The notes below the pieces were generated by a model, which saw only the letters and a list, made by a program, of their open reading frames with translations, ran no database searches and had not been told where the DNA came from. The position numbers were made by a program, and so were the translations under genes. A DNA stretch of 64,000 bases, from the sequence record NC_061450.1, one strand, 5' to 3'. Below, piece after piece: positions 36,550-46,298 of this stretch (position 1 is the first letter of the stretch; each line of letters starts with the position of its first letter).

Positions 36550-38241
36550 TTACAGGCTGCCTTTGTTGATGAGATCAAGCGCGTACTGGATATCGCCAAC
36601 AGGAGGCACGATAGCAGTAACGTGGATGCGCTTAGTGTATCGGGTTGGGTCGAGGAACACATCGATGATCAGGTCACCGCGTGCTTCATCTTCCGCACTG
36701 TTGTTCTTGTAGTTACAAGTAACAGCGTACCAGTCCAGACCACGACCCTGTTTGATAGGTTCGAGGATAGACTCCATACCCACACGTTGGTTCTGTTTCA
36801 GCACATCATCGTTCGGCTCGAACACTGCACGCAGGTTGTTTGCACGGACAGAGGCATGAAGCATTGCCAGAAGACGACGAACACCGATATCATTAAGAGG
36901 ACTCTTGGTCGTCATAGTGGTATCAGCGCCCCAGACATAAATACCTTCGCCATCAAACACAGCGATAGGGTTAATCTGGTTGTCGTTGAGAACGTCGCGA
37001 TCACCTTGTTTAAAGCGATAGCGGACGTCTTTTGCAAAGTCCAGTTGACCGCGATTCATACCGCCAGGGGCAAGCCACTGTGCAATCTGGTCTGTGTTCA
37101 GCATGGCATAAGCCATACACACAGAAGCAGGAATATAAATATCGCGTGCGTTTTCTGTATCGCGGTACAGGACGTCACTGTTGATCAAACATGACCAAGA
37201 GCTTGTGATAGAGAACTCATTGCCCATGTACGGCAGATTGCCACGACGGTAACCTACTGCTTTGTCACGCGCCTGCATTGCAACAGGAAGACCGTTGACA
37301 GCAATGGTATCTTGACGACCCAGTGCCATCTCGTCAAGTTTACTTGCAATCACGGGATGCTCAAGGCCACCAGCACACAGGATGCCTGCCTGAATGTCTT
37401 CCCAATCGCGATAGTTATCCCATGCGTTGAGAACAGCGCTGAGACTACGATTGGCGATGATTGGGTCACTGTGATCAATATCAATCACATCACCATCGCT
37501 GCCACCCATGAACTGACCGTTGATACCAGCAGGATCAGTAGGGTCCGCAGGGCCACCAGCAACTGCATTAAGAACGATGAACTTCGGATCTTGTAGCAGT
37601 TTATAGTTCGAATCATTGAGCTTGAAGCGAACGTATTCGGAGGTGTTGTTGATAACGTCTTCGATGAACAACTGGTTACCGTTGCCGTCCTTGTAATAGA
37701 ACGTGGTCACGGTAAAGCGCTCAACCGGAGTCAGGCTGCCTGTCTGATAGACCTTAACGATAGCACGAATGCCTTGCGCATCATTCACGTCAGGTTCAAC
37801 GGTAATGAATGTATCGTTAGCGCGGCTGTAACCGTTGATCGAGTAGAACAGACCGATATCCGATTCAGTGAATGGAATCTGTGCTGGGTCTACAAGACCA
37901 GCGTCGCCCAGTGGACGGCAGGTGCAGAAGTTTTTATAAAGAGTGAGATACACGCCACCGTACTTGACATTGAGACCCACACGCGTGATGTTCAGGCGAC
38001 TAGCCTTTGCCATCAGGATTTTGGCAATTGCAACGTTCTTTGCGTATGGGCTAGAACTCTTTGCAGGACCAAATTTTGCGTCGATCTCATCGGTCGAAGT
38101 AACAGTCGTGTTTACTCCCACATCACCTTTCGGGAATGGCAGGACCAAAGAACACACGCCATTAGTAACCAGCGTTTGTTGATTGGAACGGTCATTCTCT
38201 AAGGAGTATACCCCTGGGGAGGGGTGATTTGTTACGAGCAT
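36550..38241 (-). CDS. Tail sheath protein (T4 gp18-like)
   Basis: PSPGVYSLE.D.S; WLAPGGMNRG; D.L...QINPI....G.GI.VWG..T; I.VRRLL; start at the ATG at 38241 with a GGAGA RBS. Confidence 0.95.
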   Translation of the reverse strand: MLVTNHPSPGVYSLENDRSNQQTLVTNGVCSLVLPFPKGDVGVNTTVTSTDEIDAKFGPAKSSSPYAKNVAIAKILMAKASRLNITRVGLNVKYGGVYLTLYKNFCTCRPLGDAGLVDPAQIPFTESDIGLFYSINGYSRANDTFITVEPDVNDAQGIRAIVKVYQTGSLTPVERFTVTTFYYKDGNGNQLFIEDVINNTSEYVRFKLNDSNYKLLQDPKFIVLNAVAGGPADPTDPAGINGQFMGGSDGDVIDIDHSDPIIANRSLSAVLNAWDNYRDWEDIQAGILCAGGLEHPVIASKLDEMALGRQDTIAVNGLPVAMQARDKAVGYRRGNLPYMGNEFSITSSWSCLINSDVLYRDTENARDIYIPASVCMAYAMLNTDQIAQWLAPGGMNRGQLDFAKDVRYRFKQGDRDVLNDNQINPIAVFDGEGIYVWGADTTMTTKSPLNDIGVRRLLAMLHASVRANNLRAVFEPNDDVLKQNQRVGMESILEPIKQGRGLDWYAVTCNYKNNSAEDEARGDLIIDVFLDPTRYTKRIHVTAIVPPVGDIQYALDLINKGSL

Positions 38242-38284
38242 ATTACCGTCTCCATGAGAATGCACAACGTATTATGACTGTGTT

Positions 38285-38293
38285 AAATTAGCG
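38285..38293 (-). promoter_or_regulatory. Putative late promoter CGCTAATTT
   Basis: Same core as the other copies; intergenic, upstream of the sheath gene. Confidence 0.55.
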
Positions 38294-38304
38294 TGGTGGA
38301 GATC

Positions 38305-38649
38305 TTACGACTGGATTACGTTAACGGTAACCGGAACATCGCTGACCAACACACAAGCCGGCTGTTTGCCAGTAAGAACAAACTGGCCTTCAATGGTGAT
38401 TGCCGTTGTGCCTAACTGCATTTTGATAGGCTCAGCCACTGTAATGAATAAAACGTTTTGAGTAGGACGCAGTTCATAGCCCTCAGGACCCACGACAACA
38501 CGCTGCTCCATATAGGGTTCGTCCTGAGGAATGCCTGCTGCCGTTGAGTTGGAGGTCAAGATAGCGTTCTGTTGTCCTGACACACTACGCACACGGGTAT
38601 CAACTACCAGAGTACGATCAAGAGCGCGATAAGGCTTACGGGTGTACAT
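38305..38649 (-). CDS. Hypothetical structural protein
   Basis: ORF overlapping the upstream stop, beta-rich. Confidence 0.65.
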   Translation of the reverse strand: MYTRKPYRALDRTLVVDTRVRSVSGQQNAILTSNSTAAGIPQDEPYMEQRVVVGPEGYELRPTQNVLFITVAEPIKMQLGTTAITIEGQFVLTGKQPACVLVSDVPVTVNVIQS

Positions 38650-39361
38650 TGTCGTCGTCCTCTTCTACGTCATCAAAACCATCGCCAGTAGGAACAGGAG
38701 GCAGGTCTTTGACGCTTGGATCGTAATCATCAATATCAAGTTTGGTGTCTATCGTGACTTCGCCATAGTTGTTGATTTTGGCTTGGTCAGTTGAGAATCC
38801 AATCTTGGTTTGAATGGTGAGAGGTAGTATGATTTCAAAGCTGCCTGGAGTTGAACCATCGTCCAAGTCTTCAATGTAAGGCAGAGGAACAGAATCACCT
38901 TCAAGCAACACACGGACAGTGAACTTGGTTGTAGGCATCTGAACTTCAAAAGCCAGAAGCTCCACGATAGCAGCAACCATAAACTGCTGGCAGAAGGCCA
39001 AGGCATCATCAATGCTCATGAACTTGACCGTAGCTTCTGCATTGATGATCATCGGGAAGTAGTAGTTCTGAACAACAATGGCATTGTCTGGGTCTTCGTT
39101 GAGTGCCCAGCCCGTACCATAACGCCCCGCAGTCTTGGGGTTCTGCATGAGTTCACGGTTGAGCGCCATGCTGTTGAACTTAATCCACCCGTAGGGATAA
39201 TCAGTGGACTGTGCATTGAGTGCGCGAATACCCTGCTTGGGATTGTTGTGAACAGTCCAAACAAAGCGTTGCAGTCCAAAGCCATTACGGAACTGGCGTT
39301 GAATGCCAAAGATGGTTGCTTTGAGACTGGTGCTGTTCTTGATTATGTCTTTAATTGACAT
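38636..39361 (-). CDS. Putative neck / tail-completion protein
   Basis: Lies between the capsid and sheath genes; GGAG-like RBS; function from synteny only. Confidence 0.5.
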   Translation of the reverse strand: MSIKDIIKNSTSLKATIFGIQRQFRNGFGLQRFVWTVHNNPKQGIRALNAQSTDYPYGWIKFNSMALNRELMQNPKTAGRYGTGWALNEDPDNAIVVQNYYFPMIINAEATVKFMSIDDALAFCQQFMVAAIVELLAFEVQMPTTKFTVRVLLEGDSVPLPYIEDLDDGSTPGSFEIILPLTIQTKIGFSTDQAKINNYGEVTIDTKLDIDDYDPSVKDLPPVPTGDGFDDVEEDDDNVHP

Positions 39362-39380
39362 TTCCGTAGCTCCAGATACG

Positions 39381-39408
39381 AAAAAGGGGCCCCCTTAAGG
39401 ACCCCTTT
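39381..39408 (-). terminator. Rho-independent terminator
   Basis: AAAGGGGTCC-TTAA-GGGGGCCCCTTTTT. Confidence 0.85.
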
Positions 39409-39427
39409 GGTTACCCGCTATCGGGCC

Positions 39428-39838
39428 TTAATTGAATCGGATTAAAGAAGATGAGTTTGAAATGGCTTCGTCTTCTTCATCGTCTCCCAGGTCGAAATCA
39501 ATATCATCCTCATCTTCATCAGAAGACAGGCTAACATCAATCTCCTCATCATCACCATACAGTGATGCGCTGAGAGCAGCACGGCGATCTTGTTCATCCT
39601 GAATCTCAAGCGCAGCACTAAGGGCGGCAACAGATTCGGACATAGAACCGGATAACGTGCAGCTAACAGAATCAGCGATAGCAGCTACTACATAGTTCCC
39701 AGCAAGAGATTCTTCAAGGAACAGTTCACTGTCAGGAGCAACAGCCGCTTGGCTTAACATCCGAGCGGCGTCTTCCCAATTTCCGTCACGCGCAGCAAGC
39801 ATCGCTAGTGCAGCTAAGGAACCAGATAACGATTTCAT
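39428..39838 (-). CDS. Small acidic head-associated protein
   Basis: Follows the MCP; starts MKSLSG; several (A/S)LS motifs; Asp/Glu-rich tail. Confidence 0.75.
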   Translation of the reverse strand: MKSLSGSLAALAMLAARDGNWEDAARMLSQAAVAPDSELFLEESLAGNYVVAAIADSVSCTLSGSMSESVAALSAALEIQDEQDRRAALSASLYGDDEEIDVSLSSDEDEDDIDFDLGDDEEDEAISNSSSLIRFN

Positions 39839-39852
39839 GTTTGGTCCTCAGT

Positions 39853-39879
39853 AAAGAGGGCAACAATCAAGCTGCCCTC
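39853..39879 (-). terminator. Hairpin / weak terminator after the MCP
   Basis: GAGGGCAGC-TTGATT-GTTGCCCTC-TTT. Confidence 0.65.
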
Positions 39880-39891
39880 AGTTGCCTATGC

Positions 39892-41007
39892 TTATGCCTT
39901 AACTGCTTTGGCGACAGAACGCACGTTCGCCAGAGTGAAGGAGAAGGTGCTTGACAGCAACCAGCCGCGGTCTGTGTTACCCTGGTTTGCGCCAGAGGTA
40001 GGAGTAGACTGCGTACCGCCACGGGTGGTGTAGATACCGTGGTAATCCTGATCAGCAACAACGTACAGTTCGCCTGGTTCCAGAACGCGGTGCTCTGGAG
40101 CGCGGAAGCCATCAGTGATCAGCTCCATACCCAGCAGAGTACCCAGACGGCCGGTGGTGATCAGGTCATACTTGGACACTGGATCCAGAGCAGAGGTGAA
40201 CTGATCGTTACCGACGATATCGTTCCAGTAGTCAGCAGCCATGATAGCAGTGCTGACAGGCATCGGCCAGCTTGACACCTGAGTGCGAAGCTGAGACAGC
40301 AGGCGTGGAGTCAGGTCGCCGTGAACGTAGTTGATTGGGTTAGCAACGCCAACAGCCATATCTACTGAACGTTTCCACAGACGGTCTTCTGCAACCATGA
40401 TGGCTGACAGACCATCTTGCTGTGCGCGGTCCAGCAGGTCGCCGTTGATCTGATCCAGGTCCATTTTAGAAACGCGGATGTTAGATTTCAGTTCGAATTC
40501 CTGCGGGGTAAACACACGGCCGCGCAGCAGACGATAACCGTAATCAGTAGGACCGACAGCGATGATACCTTCAGCCTGGTGAGTTTTCAGCTCAACGCGA
40601 GCAACGTCGCCCTGACGGATGGTAGCACCTTTACAGATGCGACGCAGGATGCCCTGACGTTCAGCACGGTCTTCGATGGAGCCAACAATCGAGGCACCCA
40701 GAGAAGCCCACTTCTCACCAGTTGCATCAGCTACTGCTTCTTCCAGCAGTTGGCGGCGCTGCTCTTTAACCTGAGATTCAGACAGAGCAGATTCGCTTGA
40801 GCTGGTAGACTGTACGATGTTACCGTTAGCAGCTTCTGACAGCATACGGCCGATGTTCGCCAGCAGGTCTTTACTATCCCACGCGTTGACTTCACCAGTA
40901 GACTGAGACAGTGCAAGACCGCCTTTTCCACCAAAACGCAGGTCTTCAATTGGGGCACCGTTACGCAGAGTAACTTTAGCGCCGCGCATCATTTGGTTCT
41001 GAGCCAT
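39892..41007 (-). CDS. Major capsid protein (HK97 fold)
   Basis: Follows the protease, scaffold and decoration genes; I....EDR.....I.RRI; AIMVAEDR.W; G.LG.LLG..LITD; strong codon bias; CAGGAG RBS before the ATG at 41007. Confidence 0.85.
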   Translation of the reverse strand: MAQNQMMRGAKVTLRNGAPIEDLRFGGKGGLALSQSTGEVNAWDSKDLLANIGRMLSEAANGNIVQSTSSSESALSESQVKEQRRQLLEEAVADATGEKWASLGASIVGSIEDRAERQGILRRICKGATIRQGDVARVELKTHQAEGIIAVGPTDYGYRLLRGRVFTPQEFELKSNIRVSKMDLDQINGDLLDRAQQDGLSAIMVAEDRLWKRSVDMAVGVANPINYVHGDLTPRLLSQLRTQVSSWPMPVSTAIMAADYWNDIVGNDQFTSALDPVSKYDLITTGRLGTLLGMELITDGFRAPEHRVLEPGELYVVADQDYHGIYTTRGGTQSTPTSGANQGNTDRGWLLSSTFSFTLANVRSVAKAVKA

Positions 41008-41068
41008 TTGCAAATCTCCTGAGAAAAGCTCTCAATATTAATTGTTCGTTGTCACAATGCGCGACGGA

Positions 41069-41776
41069 TTACTGACCGTAGCTAGACGCCATCTCAAAGA
41101 TGATGTAGCCGCGATCAGCGGTTGGAGCCTGCTTGATCATAACGCCTTTCAGCAGGGTACCGGAACCACCAACAGTCAGACGACCGGCTGGGCCCAGGCT
41201 AGGGTGCAGCACGTTATCAGCAGACCAGTCAGCAGCGAAGTCGATCATGTTGGTAGCAACGTTGCCCAACTTGATGTAACCACAACGACCCAGCTGGTTA
41301 GCTGCCAGACCACCGATTGGTGCATCTGCCAGGAACGAGCGTGCTTCAACAGCATTCAGTACATAACCGTACTGGACGTAAACTTTCTTGCCGATGTCGT
41401 CTTTGTGGAAGTACAGGTTACCGCCTTCAACACCAACGTGGCCAGCAGCAGAGGCAGCGTCATCAGCGTCCTGAGTAGCTTTAACGCCTGCGATTTTAAC
41501 CAGCATGTTGCCAGCTTCCGGCAGACGGCCAGCAGTGAAGCGACCAGTCGCGTCGATGGTGAACTCTTCGACTTTGATCTGGTGGGTAGGAGGCAGCAGA
41601 CGAGCGATTGCAAAACCTGCAAACACTTCATCAGCAGCACCGGTAGAAACTTTCAGATAAGTTTTACCTTCGCTCTTAACCCAAACCAACGCTTGGCCTT
41701 CTTCCTGAATCATTTCGCCTGGCAGCAGGTCAGCTTCGTTGGTCTGAACAATGTCAGTTGCATTAGTAAACAGCAT
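41069..41776 (-). CDS. Head decoration / capsid-associated protein
   Basis: Directly upstream of the MCP with similar codon bias; VFAGFA; beta-rich. Confidence 0.6.
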   Translation of the reverse strand: MLFTNATDIVQTNEADLLPGEMIQEEGQALVWVKSEGKTYLKVSTGAADEVFAGFAIARLLPPTHQIKVEEFTIDATGRFTAGRLPEAGNMLVKIAGVKATQDADDAASAAGHVGVEGGNLYFHKDDIGKKVYVQYGYVLNAVEARSFLADAPIGGLAANQLGRCGYIKLGNVATNMIDFAADWSADNVLHPSLGPAGRLTVGGSGTLLKGVMIKQAPTADRGYIIFEMASSYGQ

Positions 41777-41833
41777 GATTATTCTCCGTTAGGAATTTAC
41801 GAATCACGTTTAAGTTGAAACCCACCAGCGCCA

Positions 41834-43936
41834 TTAAAAGCGCAGGAGGTTTACAGCCTTAGCAGTGAATGAGTCAACAGAAGCTGAACTCTGGGACTGT
41901 ACAGGAGCCTCATCGCGCTGGATATCCAGACGCTGTGCGGCGGATGGTTTTGGCTGCTCTTGCTGTACCGGCTGCTGGCGAGTTTCGCCTTCATCGTTAG
42001 AACGAGAGATACCGACAGAACTTGATACCGCTTCCGCGATTTCGTTCTGTGCGACTTCTGATTTGTTCATCAGCGAATTAGCTTGGCTAAGTGCGACGGT
42101 CAGGAAGTCAGAGCTGTGGGAGAAGAACGCACGCTCAACAACTTTACGTGGGTCTTTAACTCCAGCAGATTGCAGGGCGCTGCACAGGCTTTCAACCACA
42201 GGGTTTGAAACACCGTTCCAGAAGCCCTTGGTAACGCCCAGCATTGCGGTGGACAGCGCAGCAACGAAACGCTCTTGATAAGAGTCAACGCTGGCGCTAA
42301 TCGTTTGCTGTACGTCGCTGGTGGCTGCATTGATGCGGCTGTCAGCTTCGTTGGCCAGCAGGCGGTCAACAGGCATTTCGATTTTGAACGGCTCGAAGCC
42401 CATTTCGCTGCACGTTTCAACAACGCCAACATCACTGAGGCTTGCATTAACGGCACGGACGAAATTATCAGTTTTGAACGATTTCAGCGCGATTTCTTCG
42501 CCGACAGCATTCGATACTGATTGCAGAGTTGCGCGTGCGATAGGCATACCGTCATAGAACATATGAAGGGTAGGAATCGCACCACTCTGGTTGCGGCTGA
42601 TAGATACCAGTGCCGGGTCCAGAACAGTGTGCGCAGCCAGAACAGTAGACAGGCTGTCGAAGGTACGAGCCACTGGCTGAGCGGCTGAATCAGATTCAAA
42701 CTCGGAATCATCGATTTCGTCATCGCTGCCGTCCAGTTCGTCGAGGTCTTCGTCGTCGATCAACAGATCGTCGTCTTCTTCCTCTTCGTCGTCGGACACA
42801 GCAGATTCAGAATCAAAATCTTCGTCATCTTCTTCTTCATCGTCGTCGAGTTCGTCTTCTTCCTCGAGGTCTTCCGCATCATCCAGGAATTCGGAATCAT
42901 CCTCGTCTTCGTCTTCGAAGTCGTCCTCACCCAGATCGTCTAAGTCGTCGAGGTCGTCTTCTTCTTCCTCTTCGTCTTCATCCAGGTCCTCATCGTCTTC
43001 TTCCTCGTCTTCATCGAGGTCGTCAGAGCTGAGGCTATTGACATTCTTGGCGCTGGAATCGGATTCTTCTTCGTCGAGATCTTCATCATCAACGTCGAGG
43101 TCTTCGTCTTCTTCATCATCCAGAATATCGATATCGGCGCCTTCGTCATCTTCGCCAGACAGCGATGCTTGTGCGTCTGGTTGGATATCGATCAGGACCG
43201 AGGAGCAATGAGCACAGAACACAGGGTTCTCATCGCTTGAAACGGTGAACGGGTTTTCACAGTTAGCCGAGCAGCTATACATGTGAACTTCAACGTTCTT
43301 GCTGTCACCAACAATGCTGCTGGACAGCGCAGTAACCACTTCATCAGATGCCTGCGAAACGCTGGTAACGTCTGCACCTGTGTACGGGTCGAACTTGACA
43401 GCCATTGCCGCTTTGAACTGGCTGGTGCCAGATTCTGCAACAAAGCTGGTAGCCGAGCTGAGAGCGTGAACAAAGTTCTGTTGCGCTTCTTCGGCAGTAG
43501 CACCAACCGCTACCAGGCCGTCATGCGACACAGACTGAGTGTCCATAACTGTAGCAAGGTGGTCCGTGATGCGTTCGTCGCTAATCTCGCCCAGGTCAGC
43601 GCTGCAACTTGGGCAGTGCGTAACGTTGGCTGTGCTTTCGCTAACGATGTGCGTACCGCAACCATCAAGGCAGATGGTATAGTTTGCACGAACATCTTCG
43701 TTAGACGATGTGGACGCATAAGCGGCTTTCTCCACCAAATCAGGGCGCTCAGTCAGCAGCTCTTGGCTGCCGTCTGGTTTGTAGATGTCCGCGCCGCTCT
43801 GGGAAGCATAGGTCTCACCGCTCTGAGAAGCGAAGAACATAATGCCTTGACCGGTAGCGGTATTACGGAAGTTGTCTACAGCCTGCTGGTGGTTTTCGCC
43901 GACACACACGATCCCCTTAAGGGAAATCTTTGGCAT
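41834..43936 (-). CDS. Putative prohead scaffold/core protein with two Zn-ribbon repeats and a long acidic tract
   Basis: CLDGC..CPSC and CSANC..CAHC; very long Asp/Glu run; helical C-terminal domain; lies between protease and MCP. Confidence 0.65.
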   Translation of the reverse strand: MPKISLKGIVCVGENHQQAVDNFRNTATGQGIMFFASQSGETYASQSGADIYKPDGSQELLTERPDLVEKAAYASTSSNEDVRANYTICLDGCGTHIVSESTANVTHCPSCSADLGEISDERITDHLATVMDTQSVSHDGLVAVGATAEEAQQNFVHALSSATSFVAESGTSQFKAAMAVKFDPYTGADVTSVSQASDEVVTALSSSIVGDSKNVEVHMYSCSANCENPFTVSSDENPVFCAHCSSVLIDIQPDAQASLSGEDDEGADIDILDDEEDEDLDVDDEDLDEEESDSSAKNVNSLSSDDLDEDEEEDDEDLDEDEEEEEDDLDDLDDLGEDDFEDEDEDDSEFLDDAEDLEEEDELDDDEEEDDEDFDSESAVSDDEEEEDDDLLIDDEDLDELDGSDDEIDDSEFESDSAAQPVARTFDSLSTVLAAHTVLDPALVSISRNQSGAIPTLHMFYDGMPIARATLQSVSNAVGEEIALKSFKTDNFVRAVNASLSDVGVVETCSEMGFEPFKIEMPVDRLLANEADSRINAATSDVQQTISASVDSYQERFVAALSTAMLGVTKGFWNGVSNPVVESLCSALQSAGVKDPRKVVERAFFSHSSDFLTVALSQANSLMNKSEVAQNEIAEAVSSSVGISRSNDEGETRQQPVQQEQPKPSAAQRLDIQRDEAPVQSQSSASVDSFTAKAVNLLRF

Positions 43937-44015
43937 GGTGAAACCCTCACTGTTTTTGAAAGTCGTTGTTTCGACAGGAAAAAATTAACGATTTCAGAAA
44001 AAATGGACCAAAAAA

Positions 44016-45095
44016 TCAAATTTTTCTGGTATCTATGTCAGATTGGGGGATATACCGGTTTTTGAAGTATTTAGCCACGATTTCAACGCCATTCAGCGTA
44101 TAAACCTTGCGAATACTGTCTCCCCACACCATTAGCTCTGCAAGCGTCGCGAAGTGTTCTGCTGGTACGCTGCTAATTGCACCAGATCGAAGCGTGTCAG
44201 GGTGAATCTTTTTACCCTTAATCGCCTGTTCAAAACGCATACGGTCTACGTTTTTAATCATGGTGTGATCAACAAAGTGTGCCAGTTCGTGCGTTGTTGC
44301 GTGGGCCACACTCATGCTGTTATAACCACCAAACAAGGCTACCATCTGCTTAGGGTCAATAGCAATAACGCCATACAGGACGCCGGATACCCGATAGGTA
44401 ACAATATGCGTACCGTCACGGGCATCGTTGGTCAAGCCAACATAGAGACGCTTAAACGGTAGGTCAATCATTAGTCCTAGGCTTGGCATCACGTTGTCTT
44501 GGATATCCTGCATAACGTAATCAGGAGCATCCTGCGCATGTATGCCGCGGTCGCGAGGCAGCTTGTCTCGAATCTCCGACACGGGTTTGACCTCAAGCGA
44601 GATCTTGCCACAGCGAGGCAGTTTTTTAACAAGATAGTTACCAGGCGTACCGCCGCTATACACAGGTCGAACGTATTCCAGTGGACGCAGTTGGCCAAAG
44701 TCTTTGCTGACTTGTCGCTGGAATTCCTGTGCAGCACGGGCTGCTGGATCAGAGTCATCGTTCACACTAGGCTTGCGAACCTCAGGAACGATTTCAGATG
44801 AAGCAGGAGGGGTTTTGGATGGACGTGCTGAGCGTTTATCGTCAGGCAGAAAAAAATCAAAGCCTTTAAATAATGCGCTGGGGTCAGCAGTAAAATCGCG
44901 GCTGTTATCCAGAATCAATCTATAGGTATCACCATCGATTGAACCAACTACTGGATAGCGGGTGCTTGCAATATATGCCAGCCCATCGTTGACGGACATG
45001 AGTCCAACAACATCGCGGGGCTGGATTTCAACGCCGTTAGACTTGAGAGTATCAGCTCCAAGGTAACGGCGGAATTTGAAGTCAAACACGGACAT
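44016..45095 (-). CDS. Putative zinc metallopeptidase (HExxH)
   Basis: ATTHELAHFVDH plus downstream EHFATLAE; N-terminal shared-domain-like segment. Confidence 0.65.
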   Translation of the reverse strand: MSVFDFKFRRYLGADTLKSNGVEIQPRDVVGLMSVNDGLAYIASTRYPVVGSIDGDTYRLILDNSRDFTADPSALFKGFDFFLPDDKRSARPSKTPPASSEIVPEVRKPSVNDDSDPAARAAQEFQRQVSKDFGQLRPLEYVRPVYSGGTPGNYLVKKLPRCGKISLEVKPVSEIRDKLPRDRGIHAQDAPDYVMQDIQDNVMPSLGLMIDLPFKRLYVGLTNDARDGTHIVTYRVSGVLYGVIAIDPKQMVALFGGYNSMSVAHATTHELAHFVDHTMIKNVDRMRFEQAIKGKKIHPDTLRSGAISSVPAEHFATLAELMVWGDSIRKVYTLNGVEIVAKYFKNRYIPQSDIDTRKI

Positions 45096-45868
45096 TATTT
45101 GAGTTGCATCAGGTGATCAGAATAAGATGCAGCGCAGGCAAAGGCCGGGTCATCAACAGAACTACATTCAAAGCCACGGAGGCCGATGCAGTTGCGATAC
45201 ACCAACTTGCCTGTGCGTGGGTCGAGGAACGCAGGCTTGTTGAATGCCGTGTGCTCACAGAAGTTGCGTGCGCTTGGCGTTACAATCTGTCCGCAGATAC
45301 TGCACTCATACGCCTTGTAGGTTGTACCTTTTGAGTACGTGTTGAGTTCACCACGCAGGATACGATCACAACGCTCAGGACAGCGAGTACGGTCAAAGCC
45401 AAGCAGCAACGTTAAGCGCACATGGTTGCCTTGGAAGCCACGCAAAGGACTAAGGTGACTATCAAAGATAATACCCTGTGCCTTGGTGTGGTCTTTGTTG
45501 TTGTGCTCGATAAACGTTGGCTTGCCTTTAAACGTCTGAAACGCAAGGCGGCCTTCGTCTACGTTAAATCGCAACCACTCAGCTTTCGAGAACGCATCAC
45601 CGTTGGTGTTTGGCAGTTCGCTGATGTTAACAGGAACAGGCACCATGATGTAATCACGAATGTCGCTGCTGGTGTTAAACACCTGTGACGCAGGCTTGAG
45701 CCACGTATTAATATCGAGGTCAAAACTCGATACGCCACCCATGCGATCACCTGAAATACGCAGTGCGCTTGTACGGCGATCAGTGCCTTCTTTATGAAGG
45801 TCAATCGCAGCCATTCCTGTCATGCTCAGGTCAAATGATTGACTCGGCACCGTTAGTTCTGTTTTCAT
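45095..45868 (-). CDS. Prohead maturation protease (HK97/herpes-fold-like) with a Cys/His Zn insertion
   Basis: PNTNGDAF; TFKGKPTFIEH; G.I.DS; YSKG...CSICG...CEH; FECSSV.DPAF. Confidence 0.8.
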   Translation of the reverse strand: MKTELTVPSQSFDLSMTGMAAIDLHKEGTDRRTSALRISGDRMGGVSSFDLDINTWLKPASQVFNTSSDIRDYIMVPVPVNISELPNTNGDAFSKAEWLRFNVDEGRLAFQTFKGKPTFIEHNNKDHTKAQGIIFDSHLSPLRGFQGNHVRLTLLLGFDRTRCPERCDRILRGELNTYSKGTTYKAYECSICGQIVTPSARNFCEHTAFNKPAFLDPRTGKLVYRNCIGLRGFECSSVDDPAFACAASYSDHLMQLK

Positions 45869-45877
45869 TGCTGTTCC

Positions 45878-46297
45878 TTAATCGAAATACTGAAGGTTGT
45901 ATTCGTTGGATTTGACAATCTCAACGTTGCCCTCAGGTGCGATAAAAGCATTCATGTTGCAGTCACGCACGCGGTAGTACAGTCTGCCTCGCTCAATATA
46001 AGCAGCTTCAACAAGACACAACACAGGAGGCTCGTCACGACCAAAGCGGAAGTAATTAACCTCAATGCCTGGGTGCATTACATCAAACGACTTGGTACTA
46101 TACACGGCACGAACAACGTCCTTGATGTTGACGTAATCTGTACCTTGCGGAGTCTCAATGGTATAACCGTAAGTATCGTTAGCCACAATGATTGTGCGAA
46201 TAATACCACGAATGGTACCCCCACACGTACCTTCATCATTCTGAAAACGATAACATACAATGTCACCGATGTTGTGATCAAACTGGAAAGTTGACAT
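45878..46297 (-). CDS. Hypothetical protein with two SH3/KOW-like repeats
   Basis: IGD.V.Y....G.I..I....Y.I and PG.EV.Y....V.....Y.V repeats. Confidence 0.65.
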   Translation of the reverse strand: MSTFQFDHNIGDIVCYRFQNDEGTCGGTIRGIIRTIIVANDTYGYTIETPQGTDYVNIKDVVRAVYSTKSFDVMHPGIEVNYFRFGRDEPPVLCLVEAAYIERGRLYYRVRDCNMNAFIAPEGNVEIVKSNEYNLQYFD

Positions 46298-46298
46298 G

